A DNA stretch of 64,000 nt from an uncultured Methanosarcinales archaeon (GCA_964344235.1 CAYFMJ010000001.1:1-64000), one strand, 5' to 3'; shown: positions 54,092 to 64,000, counted from the first letter of the stretch. Program-made: numbers and translations. Notes: generated by a model not told the origin, from the letters alone.

Positions 54092-55825
54092 ATGGCTAAG
54101 AAAGATGCAGGAAAAAGGAGTGTACTAGAATCTGTCGCAAAGGGCTGGGGCTCTGTTAAAGAGGGGCGACTTGAATTTGCTTACAGGGTTGATCAATTAT
54201 TTGAAGTTGCTGGAGACAGATACCATGATTTCATACAGGGCCCTGGTTTATGGAAACCTGTTGTCGGAGGGGTTGTTGGAACTACGCTCGGAGCAGGTAT
54301 TGTTGCGTTAGCTGATTATTTAGGGCTTGAACCAGGAGCACTATGGTACTTTGGTGGTGCTGCAGGAGGCGCAGGTGTTGGGGTAAAGAAAGGGCAAGCA
54401 CTAAGGACCCGGCCAGATGGAGATCTTGAAGAGAAAGTTGAAGTAGATTATTACGGTACTGCAGTTGACGTAATTGGAGAGTATAAGAAAGCCACTCCAG
54501 ACTCATTTTCGCTAATGGACCTAGAACTTTTTGGAAGCGATTATGTTGATCCTGAAGAAAGTGAATTTAGTGTTGAAGGCGACTTACAGCACTTACCAGC
54601 AGTTATCTCGGATCGAGTAGCTGTTTTTGAGCATGGATTACAACGAATGCATTGGAATGAAGGAAATATTGAGAGAGTATCACGCTATAGGGAAAGCCGG
54701 GTGGCAAGTGCTAGAAGAGATCCTAGAAAAATTGCAACAGTCGGTTCGCGACGAATGGTTAAAGGTGGTGTGCCAGAACACACAACGTATATCGACCCAC
54801 TAGATGAACTAGTGGCAAAATCTGATGTTGGTAAAGTACAAGAAGAAAGCGCATTCCCGGTATTGTATGATGAAGCATTTGCACAGGTGCAGGAACAATT
54901 TGATAGTAATGTCGCGAGAGTTAAAAGAACACTTGCTGAGCGGAATGCACCGGAATTTGATGATAAAGGAAGATATAATGGAACAGAACATGCACGGCAA
55001 AGTAACCGAGCAGAGGATGAAGGAGACGTCACAACAAGAAGACGAAGAAGAGATGCCTTTGGTGATGAACTCACAAGTTATGCGCGAGATGTTGCTGCAG
55101 AAGCTAAGGAGGAAGGAGTATTGAAATGGTTAGGGCACAAAGTAACGAGAGGTTACTTTAGAAAAGAGGAACATGTTGAGGAAGAACCATCAGATGTGGA
55201 AGTTGCAATGGGAGAGGATTTACATGAGAGGCTAATGCAAGCTTATCAACTTGCAGATTGGGCTGCTGGTTTTTATGAAAGTAGAGGCCGGAAATTTGGA
55301 AAAGCGTTTAGAAAAGTGAGTTATGAAAGTTTAGGCTTAGTTGGTGGTTTAGGAGATCACCAACGTATAAACCCAACAAGAGCGATTTCGCGGTACAGGG
55401 ATATTGTAGAGAAACCTGCTTTGGGTATACTTGAGAATCCTGATTATATCAGTAATTTAAGAGAAGAGTTTGATAATTTAGAGGCGATTGCGCAATGGGT
55501 TAGCGAGCTTGCTCGAGAACCGCTTCCTTGGAGCGTTGAAGATATGAAAGGAAGGAAAAAGAAGAGAGCACGAAAATGGATTGCAAGGGTTTCTGAGAAA
55601 GTGCAAAACGAATTAGAAGAGATGGGCTTCTCTTTAGACCCTTATGACTTGCCAGATGTGATTACCAAGCTTAGAAGAGACATTGAGGATAGATATTGGG
55701 CAGTGCAACGGGAACAAGAAAGCCAGCCCGAAGAAAGGAGAATTGTCCCTCGTGGCCAGCATCCGGTAGATCATCTTATTCGAAGACCATCGCAAGAAGA
55801 CTTAGTGAGAGATATTGCCGCGTAG
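54092..55825 (+). CDS. Hypothetical protein with a glycine-zipper hydrophobic hairpin
   Basis: VVGGVVGTTLGAGIVALA...GGAAGGAGVG; charged helical remainder; BRE/TATA GAAACATTTATATA upstream. Confidence 0.65.
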   Translation: MAKKDAGKRSVLESVAKGWGSVKEGRLEFAYRVDQLFEVAGDRYHDFIQGPGLWKPVVGGVVGTTLGAGIVALADYLGLEPGALWYFGGAAGGAGVGVKKGQALRTRPDGDLEEKVEVDYYGTAVDVIGEYKKATPDSFSLMDLELFGSDYVDPEESEFSVEGDLQHLPAVISDRVAVFEHGLQRMHWNEGNIERVSRYRESRVASARRDPRKIATVGSRRMVKGGVPEHTTYIDPLDELVAKSDVGKVQEESAFPVLYDEAFAQVQEQFDSNVARVKRTLAERNAPEFDDKGRYNGTEHARQSNRAEDEGDVTTRRRRRDAFGDELTSYARDVAAEAKEEGVLKWLGHKVTRGYFRKEEHVEEEPSDVEVAMGEDLHERLMQAYQLADWAAGFYESRGRKFGKAFRKVSYESLGLVGGLGDHQRINPTRAISRYRDIVEKPALGILENPDYISNLREEFDNLEAIAQWVSELAREPLPWSVEDMKGRKKKRARKWIARVSEKVQNELEEMGFSLDPYDLPDVITKLRRDIEDRYWAVQREQESQPEERRIVPRGQHPVDHLIRRPSQEDLVRDIAA

Positions 55826-55862
55826 GCAAGACATTTAAAGCTGATTCTTTTTTATTACTTCT

Positions 55863-56570
55863 ATGGTAACCCTAACATATCAAGAACGATTCAAAACAGC
55901 CAAAGGAGTATTTGATGAGTTTACTGAAAGAACATTATTTACATTAGAGAAAAAAGGGTTGTTTGACGAGTTAGTTTCTCCATTGAAAGTTGGAAAGGAA
56001 AGTAACGTGTTCGTTGCAGTGAAGGACGGTAAGAACGTTATTGTCAAAATTTATCGAATGCAAAATGCTGATTTTAAGAGAATGTTTGAATATATTAAAC
56101 AGGACAAACGGTACGATTTTTTACAAAATAAGAGAAGGCAGATTATTTTAGCATGGGCGCAGCGGGAATATAAGAATCTGATGAGAGCAGAAAAAAGTGG
56201 CGTGAAAGTTCCTACACCATTAGGATGGAATAATAACATTATTGTGATGGAGCTTATTGGAAAGGAAGAAGTTGCACCGCCATTAAAAGATGCATATCCA
56301 GCATATCCGTATCAGTTCCTGCAGGATGTGGTTACGGATATGAAGAGATTGTATAAAGGAGGGTTAGTGCATGGAGATTTATCTTCATTTAATATCCTGA
56401 ATAATGACGAAAAACCAGTGTTGATTGATTTCTCCCAAGCAACTCTTTTGAAAACACCGAATGCAGAAGAATTGTTGAAGCGAGATATTAAGAATGTGTT
56501 GCAATTTTTCAAGAAGTTAGGCGTGGAAGCGGATAAAGAGGAAATATATAAAAAAATAACCGAGAAATAA
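55863..56570 (+). CDS. rio1: RIO1 serine/threonine kinase
   Basis: GKESNVF, VKIYR, AQREYKNL, VHGDLSSFNIL, IDFSQ. Confidence 0.93.
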   Translation: MVTLTYQERFKTAKGVFDEFTERTLFTLEKKGLFDELVSPLKVGKESNVFVAVKDGKNVIVKIYRMQNADFKRMFEYIKQDKRYDFLQNKRRQIILAWAQREYKNLMRAEKSGVKVPTPLGWNNNIIVMELIGKEEVAPPLKDAYPAYPYQFLQDVVTDMKRLYKGGLVHGDLSSFNILNNDEKPVLIDFSQATLLKTPNAEELLKRDIKNVLQFFKKLGVEADKEEIYKKITEK

Positions 56571-56576
56571 GAGAGA

Positions 56577-57122
56577 ATGGAAACGCATGATCAACATTCA
56601 GAGTTTACGTACGAAGTAAAAATTCCAGAAGAGCGGGTTGCTGTACTGATTGGAACGGATGGAAGTACAAAGAAGTTGATTGAAGAGGAAACAGGAAGTG
56701 CGTTAGATATTACTGCAGAAGGAGACGTGGTCATTTCAGGGGAAGATGGTTTAGGATTGTATACAACCAAAGAAATTGTGAAAGCTATTGCCCGGGGATT
56801 CAATCCAAAAGTGGCGTTGTTATTGTTGAAGCAAGATTATGCGTTTGAATTGATTGACATGAAAGATATTGCAGGGAAGAGTAAGAATACCTTGCAACGG
56901 TTAAAAGGAAGAGTTATTGGGAAAGGCGGAAGAGCCAGAGAGGAGATAGAGAGATTAACAGATTGTCACGTGACTGTGTATGGGAAAACCATTGGGATTA
57001 TTGGAGAGACAGTGCAAGTGGGGTTATCTCGGCAAGCGGTAGCGATGTTGTTACAAGGAGCCATGCATAAGACTGTGTATAAATTCTTAGAGAAGAAAAA
57101 GAAAGAGATGTTATTTGGGTGA
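56577..57122 (+). CDS. KH-domain rRNA-processing protein Dim2/Pno1
   Basis: RVAVLIGTDG, AIARGF, RLKGRVIGKGG, GAMHKTVY; adjacent to rio1. Confidence 0.92.
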   Translation: METHDQHSEFTYEVKIPEERVAVLIGTDGSTKKLIEEETGSALDITAEGDVVISGEDGLGLYTTKEIVKAIARGFNPKVALLLLKQDYAFELIDMKDIAGKSKNTLQRLKGRVIGKGGRAREEIERLTDCHVTVYGKTIGIIGETVQVGLSRQAVAMLLQGAMHKTVYKFLEKKKKEMLFG

Positions 57123-57440
57123 ATCTTTAGCCCTATATGCATCAAAAATTATTTCAAGCTTGCTTTTAGCGTCTCTTAATGCAGTTAATTGTTCGCTTAT
57201 TGCGAGACTTTCTTCCATGCCCGGTACACTTGCTGCTCTTTCATAGCAACGAAGTAAGCTGTCGACATCAGATTTTCTTGGATCGTACCACATTCTAAAG
57301 TGGGCAGGTTTTTGATCAAGAATTTCTTGAACATCAGGCCTTGCGAGATATTGCCGTCTTTGTTCAGCAGCGTAGTCCGCTTCACTACAGACTAATTCTT
57401 CCTCTTCTTCTTCCAGAAATTGTCCATGAGGTTCTTCCAT
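57111..57440 (-). CDS. Hypothetical protein
   Basis: Protein-like ORF; start placed at the ATG at 57440 (uncertain). Confidence 0.45.
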   Translation of the reverse strand: MEEPHGQFLEEEEEELVCSEADYAAEQRRQYLARPDVQEILDQKPAHFRMWYDPRKSDVDSLLRCYERAASVPGMEESLAISEQLTALRDAKSKLEIIFDAYRAKDSPK

Positions 57441-57523
57441 GGAGTATTGTGTAGGATCATTTGAGATATAAAGATTTCTGTGATGAAAGGTAGGTTTAAA
57501 TAACTGGTCCAATTTGTTAAGAT

Positions 57524-58705
57524 ATGTTTTTTAAGAGGTATAGAAGTTTCAATATTAAATCTAAGAATATTATTGTTCTGTATATAGCAACATTCTTCTT
57601 TGGTTTGACTTTTTTTGCGCCAATCTGGGCGTTATACATTGAAGAAAGTCTTTTTTCCGTCGTAAATGTTGCTGTGATCATAGCAATACAATCTCTCACC
57701 GCCGTTGTATTAGAAGTGCCAACAGGTGCAATCGCAGACCTTTTTGGCAGAAGGAACACAGTTATTCTTGGCGCATTTGGTGTATTGGCCTCAACCATTT
57801 TCCTATACATTGGAGGCAGTATGGTAATGTTTATTCTTTATGCAATCTTAAGTGCTGTTGGTGGGGCATTGGCAAGTGGGGCTGATGATGCTCTTATTTA
57901 TGATACGCTAAAATCTGAAAGAAAAGAGAAACATTACAAACATATTATTGGAACATTAGGAGCATTGTGGCCATTAGGGGCGGTCATTGGATCCCTTGGT
58001 GGAGGATACCTGGCGAGTGTCTCTCTTTCCTTTCCTGTATTGATCACGATAATTCCATTTGCTCTTGGTTTTCTTCTGACGTTTTTCCTCAAGGAACCGA
58101 AATATCACAAAGAAAAAGAACATGGTGTATTAAAACAGATGCATGTTTCTTGCATGGCAATTCTGAAAAATAGACAAATTATTCTGTTAATGGCGGCAGG
58201 ATTTCTTTTCTGGGGATTAGGAGAATCAATCCATTTGTTGAAATCAATCTATTTTCTGTTTAAAGACATCCCAATTGTACAGTTCGGGTATATTTTTGCT
58301 TTAACATTTGGCTTTTCATCACTTGGACATTATAGTTCAGCGTTTTTAGCGGATAAATTCGGAGAGAAAAAGATGTTAATTATGACTTCCCTAATTGATC
58401 CCCTGTTAATCATTATATCAACTTTAACATGGGGATTGTTTTCTGCATTGTTTTTGATCTTACCTTCAATTTCGTTTGGTATTAGAAACCCGATCCTAAA
58501 CCACATGCTCAATAAAGAGGTAAGTTCACGGAGGCGGGCAACGGTTCTTTCCATTAACAGCCTTATGTGGCAATTTGGAAAAGTCATATTTGCACCGTTT
58601 GTTGGTTGGTTGGCAGATTTATACTCCATAAATACAGCGTTCATGATCACAGGAGCATTGATGCTAAGCGGGTTTTTTGTATTATTAGGTCTAAAGCAGA
58701 AGTAG
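57524..58705 (+). CDS. MFS transporter
   Basis: [33 protein letters not shown]; ~12 TMs. Confidence 0.92.
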   Translation: MFFKRYRSFNIKSKNIIVLYIATFFFGLTFFAPIWALYIEESLFSVVNVAVIIAIQSLTAVVLEVPTGAIADLFGRRNTVILGAFGVLASTIFLYIGGSMVMFILYAILSAVGGALASGADDALIYDTLKSERKEKHYKHIIGTLGALWPLGAVIGSLGGGYLASVSLSFPVLITIIPFALGFLLTFFLKEPKYHKEKEHGVLKQMHVSCMAILKNRQIILLMAAGFLFWGLGESIHLLKSIYFLFKDIPIVQFGYIFALTFGFSSLGHYSSAFLADKFGEKKMLIMTSLIDPLLIIISTLTWGLFSALFLILPSISFGIRNPILNHMLNKEVSSRRRATVLSINSLMWQFGKVIFAPFVGWLADLYSINTAFMITGALMLSGFFVLLGLKQK

Positions 58706-58751
58706 CAATACCACCAAAACCATTATAAATTACCCTCAAAATATTTTTACT

Positions 58752-60431
58752 ATGGTTAAAAAATCAGCGGAAGAGTTAGCGAAAAAACATAGAGAAATCT
58801 CTATCGCTGAGTTTTTTGAGAAGAATAGACACTTATTAGGATTCGATAATCCTCGACGAGCGTTAATGACTGCAGTGAAAGAAGCTGTTGATAATGCGTT
58901 AGATGCGTGTGAGGAAGCACGAATTCTGCCTGAGTTGAATGTAGAGATCATTCAGCTTTCTGACACACGATTTAGGATGGTTGTGGAAGATAACGGCCCG
59001 GGAATCATAAAAAAGCAAGTGCCTAAAATATTTGCAAAGTTATTATATGGTTCGAAATTCCATAAATTATCCGCGACACGGGGGCAGCAGGGGATTGGAA
59101 TTAGTGCGGCAGTATTGTATGGGCAATTAACGACAGGAAAGCCGGCAGTGATTGTTTCTAAAACAGGAAAAGGGAAGAAGGCACATATGATCCAATTAAA
59201 AATTGATACGCAAACCAATAATCCAAAGATCTTAGCGGATGATGAAGTAGAATGGGGTGAGAAAGAACACGGAACGAGAATTGAAATTGACATGGATGGT
59301 GCGTATAATAAAGGAAAACAGTCCATTGATGAGTATTTGAAAGAAACTGCTATCGTTAACCCTCACTGTACGATTATTTACACAGATCCAAACGCGGAAC
59401 AGATTATTTTCCCACGAGCGGTTGAAGTTCTGCCACCAGAACCAACGGAAATTAAACCACACCCATATGGCGTGGAGTTAGGAATGTTAATGAAAATGTT
59501 GCAGAGGACTGATGCGAAGACATTGCAGCAGTTTTTAACAACAGAATTTGTACGAGTGGGAGCAGGAACAGCTAAACGAATCTGTGAGAACGCTTCTTTG
59601 TTACCGCGAACAAAGCCGAAGAAGATTAGTAGGGAAATGGCAGAGCAGTTGTACAAAGGAATTCAGAAAACAAAAATTATTGCACCGCCAACAGACTGTA
59701 TTAGTCCCATTGGAGAAGAGCAGTTAGAAAAAGGGTTGCGAAAAGAAATTAATGCAGAGTTTTATTGCGCGACCACGAGGCCGCCGACAGTGTATAGAGG
59801 GAACCCATTCATTATTGAAGTGGCGTTAGCGTATGGTGGAGAGCAGGACGGCGATAAAACTGTTCGGATCATGCGATTTGCAAATAGAGTGCCGTTAATG
59901 TATCAGCAAGGGGCATGTGCTACGACGAAATCCATTGGGCAAACCTCATGGCGATCGTATGGTTTACAACAAAGCAGGAACTCTTTACCTTCTGGGCCTT
60001 GTACGTTGGTTGTTCATATGACGTCTGTTTGGGTACCGTTTACATCGGAAGCGAAGGAAGCGTTAGCGCATTATGAAGAAATTATGAAAGAGATTAAGTT
60101 AGCGCTGCAAGAATGTGGAAGAAAGTTGGGAAGTTTTGTGAATAAGAAAAAGCGAATTAAAGATGAAGCGAAGAAGCGAAGTTATATTGAAAAATATATC
60201 CCTCACGTTGCAGAAGGATTGAAAGAAATTTTAGGATTAGATGATGTGAAAGTGAAGAAGATTGAGGATGATTTATGTGAGATTCTCGAACACACCCGAG
60301 GCGAGTTGGAAGAGATTACAGTTGACAACCCAGATTATGATCCAGAATTAGCGAAGATTGGAAAGGAAGAGAAAAAAGTTGAGGATACAGAAGAAGAGAA
60401 GAAGGAAACAAAACAAACGACATTAGCGTAA
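58752..60431 (+). CDS. top6B: DNA topoisomerase VI subunit B
   Basis: [41 protein letters not shown]. Confidence 0.97.
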   Translation: MVKKSAEELAKKHREISIAEFFEKNRHLLGFDNPRRALMTAVKEAVDNALDACEEARILPELNVEIIQLSDTRFRMVVEDNGPGIIKKQVPKIFAKLLYGSKFHKLSATRGQQGIGISAAVLYGQLTTGKPAVIVSKTGKGKKAHMIQLKIDTQTNNPKILADDEVEWGEKEHGTRIEIDMDGAYNKGKQSIDEYLKETAIVNPHCTIIYTDPNAEQIIFPRAVEVLPPEPTEIKPHPYGVELGMLMKMLQRTDAKTLQQFLTTEFVRVGAGTAKRICENASLLPRTKPKKISREMAEQLYKGIQKTKIIAPPTDCISPIGEEQLEKGLRKEINAEFYCATTRPPTVYRGNPFIIEVALAYGGEQDGDKTVRIMRFANRVPLMYQQGACATTKSIGQTSWRSYGLQQSRNSLPSGPCTLVVHMTSVWVPFTSEAKEALAHYEEIMKEIKLALQECGRKLGSFVNKKKRIKDEAKKRSYIEKYIPHVAEGLKEILGLDDVKVKKIEDDLCEILEHTRGELEEITVDNPDYDPELAKIGKEEKKVEDTEEEKKETKQTTLA

Positions 60432-60432
60432 A

Positions 60433-61527
60433 ATGGTTAAGAAAAAAAATACAGTTGTAGAGAAAATTGCAGATGTTGCACAAGGGATTTACAATACTAT
60501 CCGGAAGATTAAACAGCCAGAGTTAGAGATGCCTATTCGTTCTTTGAGTAATGTTGCATATAACGAGAAAGAGGGGTATTTTAAGATCTTAAGTAAGGTT
60601 AAGACGCGGACACTGACTGCTTCTACGATTAAGACATTTGCACAGACATTACGGATGATGGGTTTGTCAAAGGAGCTTGTAAATGATAACGAGATTGCTA
60701 CTAAAAGAGAGGCGTATTACTTAAGTAAAAATTGGGGCGATGCGCGATTTAAAGAGCAACCAGAATCGGATTCGGTTATGGATGATATTGAAGCGATGAT
60801 GGGGGTTAACAGAGAACAAATTGGCTTTATTCCTGGTGAGAAAGGAGGAGCTGTCGCGGGTGAACTTACAGTTGTTGATGTTGACAGTGAAACGGGTGAG
60901 AAACTTGAGATAGATTGTACAAAGTTTGGGTCAGGAGCGTATTCTATTCCATCAACAGTTGAACATCTTAAATTTAAAACTAACGCTAAGTTTGTTCTTG
61001 CAATTGAAACAGCGGGTATGTTTGAACGGTTAAATAAGCATAAGTATTGGAAGCAAGCTAAATGTATTTTGATTGCAATGTCAGGAGTTCCTACAAGAGC
61101 AACAAGAAGGTTCATGAGAAAGCTTGCGGATGAACAGAAATTACCGGTGTATGTGTTTACAGACGGCGATCCATACGGATATTTTTCAATTTACAGAACA
61201 CTAAAAGTTGGATCTGGAAATGCTGCACATATTAATAAATACTTTTGTGTGCCAAATGCGAAGTTTATTGGTGTAACACCACAGGATATTGAAGATTATA
61301 AATTGCCAACGCATCCTTTGAAAGATGTTGACTTTAAGAAGATTAAAGATGTTCTGAAAAACGATCCGTTCTGTCAGCACCACAAAGAATGGCAAAGAGC
61401 GTTGAAGAAAATGGCGAAAATGAAAGTTAGGGTAGAGCAGCAGGCATTCTCAGCTCATAGTTTAAATTTTGTAATAGAGAAGTATCTTCCTGAGAAAATT
61501 AAGAATAAAAAAACGTGGTTGCCTTAG
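60433..61527 (+). CDS. top6A: DNA topoisomerase VI subunit A
   Basis: TKREAYY catalytic Tyr, EQPESD, IETAGMF, FTDGDPYG, EQQA. Confidence 0.97.
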   Translation: MVKKKNTVVEKIADVAQGIYNTIRKIKQPELEMPIRSLSNVAYNEKEGYFKILSKVKTRTLTASTIKTFAQTLRMMGLSKELVNDNEIATKREAYYLSKNWGDARFKEQPESDSVMDDIEAMMGVNREQIGFIPGEKGGAVAGELTVVDVDSETGEKLEIDCTKFGSGAYSIPSTVEHLKFKTNAKFVLAIETAGMFERLNKHKYWKQAKCILIAMSGVPTRATRRFMRKLADEQKLPVYVFTDGDPYGYFSIYRTLKVGSGNAAHINKYFCVPNAKFIGVTPQDIEDYKLPTHPLKDVDFKKIKDVLKNDPFCQHHKEWQRALKKMAKMKVRVEQQAFSAHSLNFVIEKYLPEKIKNKKTWLP

Positions 61528-61566
61528 GAGCAAAAATATTTTATATTTAGTTTGATCAGTTATTGT

Positions 61567-62265
61567 ATGGAGAGGGTGCCACTTGCTGTTGACATTGATG
61601 AGACAATCGTTTATCTCTTACGGTTTTTTCTAGAGTATTACAATAATAAAAATGGTACCGCCTTTTCGGAGGAGGGTTTTTGTTCATACAGGTGGTGGGA
61701 AATTTTAAGGATATCAAAAGAACAAGCATATGCAGAAGCAGTAGAGTGGGCGGCTTGGAAAACACGTGATGAGGGAAGGCCGGTAAATGGGTACTTTGGA
61801 ATCCAGTTCGTGGAAGGTGCTGAACAAGGTCTCGATTTGTTGTCTCGTTATTATCAGCTTCATGCGATATCGGATCGCAGTCCTGTGCTTGACCCAGATA
61901 CGTTCAATATTTCTTGTGCATTGTATGTTGAAGAAGGGGAAGGGACTTATTTCCCTGACATTCCTGTTGGTGATACTGGAGATCTTATTCTACCAACAAG
62001 TCAGATATACTTAACAAAAGAATGGGGGATGCCAAAGGCCGAGATTTGCCATATGGTTGGCGCGAAAACAATTATTGAAGATAATGGAGACAGGGCTATC
62101 GAATGCGCTGAAGAAGGAGTTGAAGTTCTTTTACTTGAAAAACCATGGAATAAGGGCGTAGAAAGAGAAAATATTACGAGAGTTAGTGGTTGGCAAGAAG
62201 TATGTGATCTTCTAACTCCAAGCTCGATTAGATTTCCGTACCCTTACGAAGCACGTTATCTATAA
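61567..62265 (+). CDS. HAD 5'(3')-deoxyribonucleotidase-like (NT5C family)
   Basis: AVDIDETI, ISDRS, KAEIC...IIEDN, KPWN, RVSGWQEV. Confidence 0.75.
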   Translation: MERVPLAVDIDETIVYLLRFFLEYYNNKNGTAFSEEGFCSYRWWEILRISKEQAYAEAVEWAAWKTRDEGRPVNGYFGIQFVEGAEQGLDLLSRYYQLHAISDRSPVLDPDTFNISCALYVEEGEGTYFPDIPVGDTGDLILPTSQIYLTKEWGMPKAEICHMVGAKTIIEDNGDRAIECAEEGVEVLLLEKPWNKGVERENITRVSGWQEVCDLLTPSSIRFPYPYEARYL

Positions 62266-62270
62266 AAAAT

Positions 62271-62630
62271 TCATGCAACGCAACTACATTGTTTGTAGCC
62301 GTTGTTTAATGCTGTGTTTTTTGATGCAAATACCTGTTTATTTTTTGGTTTGATATTTTTAGCGAACGCACAATTCTTTGCATGGAACTTTGATGCTGTC
62401 TTTGAAGCAACAAATTTCTTTGCTGTTTTCGTTGCTGTGCGTGCAACTCTTGTATAGCGTTTTCGTGCTTTTTTCAAGCTAAGGGTTGCTAACTTCTCTG
62501 TTAGTTCTGCATTCCGTAGCTGTAATTTACGTACTTCATCATATAATACGTTAATATGATCAAATAATGTGTAAATATCCTGCTTCGCTAACTGAAATGA
62601 GCGAATTGTGTTTAATTGGTGTTGATTCAT
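62271..62630 (-). CDS. Coiled-coil protein with a C-terminal Ada-like metal-binding domain
   Basis: FVASKTASKFHAKNCAFAKNIK...NNGYKQCSC. Confidence 0.7.
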   Translation of the reverse strand: MNQHQLNTIRSFQLAKQDIYTLFDHINVLYDEVRKLQLRNAELTEKLATLSLKKARKRYTRVARTATKTAKKFVASKTASKFHAKNCAFAKNIKPKNKQVFASKNTALNNGYKQCSCVA

Positions 62631-62739
62631 TGTAGGTAGTAAAGAGAGGGTTTATTTATAAACCTTTTGTTTATTTATCACTGTAAAGTGACGTCTTTTT
62701 TTGGAAAGGTTTAAATGGGAGTTGAGGCGGGAGGGAAGA

Positions 62740-63330
62740 ATGAGAAAAATAGTGGTAGTTATGATAATGATGCTGAGTGTTATAGTAGCATCGTGTGGAG
62801 GAGGAACAATGAAAAACGCAACATTTGAAACGTCAATGGGAGAGTTTACAGTTGAATTATATACAGATAAAATGCCGATTACAGCGGGTAATTTCGTAAA
62901 GTTAGCAGAAGAAGGCTTCTACGACGGGACAAAATTTCATAGAGTAATTGGGCCAATCAAATCGCCGCCACATGGGTTTATGATTCAGGGTGGAGATCCG
63001 TTAACGAAAGATGATAATTTACAACATGCCTGGGGCACTGGCGGGCCTGGGTATGCGATTGAAGATGAGTTTGTGGATGGTTTAAGTAATTTGAGAGGAA
63101 CGTTAAGTATGGCTAACTCTGGACCAAATAGCGGGGGGAGTCAGTTCTTCATTAACCTGAATGATAACACATTTTTAGACTTTGACAAACCGCCAATGCA
63201 GAGTAAACACCCGGTGTTTGGAAAAGTTGTGAGTGGTATGGATATCGTTGAGAAGATTGGTAATGTTGGAACGGACGGTATGGACAGACCATTAGAACCA
63301 GTTGTGATTACGAAGATTACAATAGAATAA
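62740..63330 (+). CDS. Cyclophilin-type peptidyl-prolyl isomerase with a lipoprotein signal (alternative start at 62809)
   Basis: FHRVI, FMIQGGDP, GTLSMANSGPNSGGSQFFIN, HPVFGKV; VAS-C19. Confidence 0.92.
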   Translation: MRKIVVVMIMMLSVIVASCGGGTMKNATFETSMGEFTVELYTDKMPITAGNFVKLAEEGFYDGTKFHRVIGPIKSPPHGFMIQGGDPLTKDDNLQHAWGTGGPGYAIEDEFVDGLSNLRGTLSMANSGPNSGGSQFFINLNDNTFLDFDKPPMQSKHPVFGKVVSGMDIVEKIGNVGTDGMDRPLEPVVITKITIE

Positions 63331-63363
63331 TTTAAAAGTAGTTTCTTTTATTTGACACTATAA

Positions 63364-63438
63364 GGGCCCGTAGTTTAGCCTGGATAGAACGACAGCCTTC
63401 TAAGCTGTAGGTCGGGGGTTCGAATCCTCCCGGGCCCA
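63364..63438 (+). tRNA. tRNA-Arg(TCT)
   Basis: GGGCCCG/CGGGCCC, ACAGC-CTTCTAA-GCTGT, GGGGG-TTCGAAT-CCTCC. Confidence 0.96.
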
Positions 63439-63450
63439 CTTCTTCCACTC

Positions 63451-63549
63451 CCCACTAGACAACCGTCAGCAGGGCTTATTAATTAATGATCTTCTAATTT
63501 CAGCACTCTCTGTTTTATTCTTGGTGTAAACAGAGAGGTGATTGAAATG
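63451..63549 (+). promoter_or_regulatory. Conserved LAGLIDADG leader cassette, copy 2
   Basis: CCCACTAGACA 63451-63461; CTTATTAA 63475-63482; stem CTCTCTGTTT 63506-63515 / AAACAGAGAG 63528-63537; GAGGTGAT-N4-ATG. Confidence 0.75.
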
Positions 63550-64000
63550 AACGAGAATCTGAAGAATAATCCAGAGCTGGCTCGCTTAGTGGCAGACTTA
63601 ACGAGTGATGGACACCTACAAGTAAAGGGTAATAGACATGTTGCATCGTTCTACTCAAAAGAGATATACGAAATTGAAGCAGTTCGCAGCAGATTCTTAT
63701 CGTTGTTTGGGCTTGTAGGTAATGTCCATGTCGACAAACGTCCTGCGAAAGAGGGAGGGAGAGAAGTTGTTCGATACCAAGTTTACTTCTGTTCGAAAGC
63801 TGTCTGTGTATTCCTAAAAAATATCGGTACCCCCATCGGCAACAAGACAGATAATGAGTTTTTGATTCCGGACTGGATCATGAATGGCGCTAGCCAAACC
63901 AAACAATCATACCTAAAAGGTCTATACGATGCTGAGGGAAGCATATTTTGCGGAAAGGATGGGAAATGGCAAATTACGTTCAAAATGGCTAAAAACAAAT
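63547..64000 (+). CDS. Free-standing two-motif LAGLIDADG endonuclease, 3'-partial (not in the ORF track)
   Basis: Translated by hand: MNENLKNNPELARLVADLTSDGH...GNKTDNEFLIPDWI...SYLKGLYDAEGSI; open to the window end. Confidence 0.88.
   Translation, partial: MNENLKNNPELARLVADLTSDGHLQVKGNRHVASFYSKEIYEIEAVRSRFLSLFGLVGNVHVDKRPAKEGGREVVRYQVYFCSKAVCVFLKNIGTPIGNKTDNEFLIPDWIMNGASQTKQSYLKGLYDAEGSIFCGKDGKWQITFKMAKNK

Noticed and set aside
386-63998. Numerous 60-220 aa antisense or alternate-frame ORFs in the track (e.g. 4420-5088, 8405-8908, 21240-21719, 29467-29925, 63783-63998)
   Set aside because: They are shadows of well-supported genes, with Ser/Thr/Phe-rich composition and no motifs
1-64000. CRISPR array or cas operon (prompted by the Cas4-like gene)
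   Set aside because: No regularly spaced 25-40 bp repeats and no cas1/cas2 seen; the only repeats found are intragenic

Overview
This window looks like chromosomal DNA from a DPANN archaeon, most consistent with Woesearchaeota (inferred from gene content and style, not from a database search). The housekeeping genes are archaeal: gltX, ABCE1, EF-1beta, aIF-1A, aIF5B, Trm1, RtcA, DnaG, Rio1/Dim2, Top6A/B and a livKHMGF transporter. There are three tRNAs: Thr-CGT, Arg-TCT and a Trp-CCA gene split by three introns. No CRISPR array, rRNA, integrase or transposase was recognised. The most notable observations are: (1) two divergent tRNA-adjacent LAGLIDADG genes share a ~95-bp promoter/leader cassette with a covarying hairpin that hides part of the Shine-Dalgarno site; (2) a secreted protein with an 8-stranded outer-membrane-like beta-barrel pattern sits inside a co-oriented surface-protein cluster next to a 1546-aa adhesin whose vWA domain is inserted into an SdrD-B domain; (3) a bacterial-type lipoprotein pathway (Lgt plus LspA) is present with five lipobox substrates; (4) the canonical intron of the triple-intron tRNA-Trp carries a minimal box C'/D' guide aimed at C34; (5) two candidate structured ncRNAs lie upstream of dnaG; (6) three genes are lesioned. 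All calls come from manual motif reading and hand folding.
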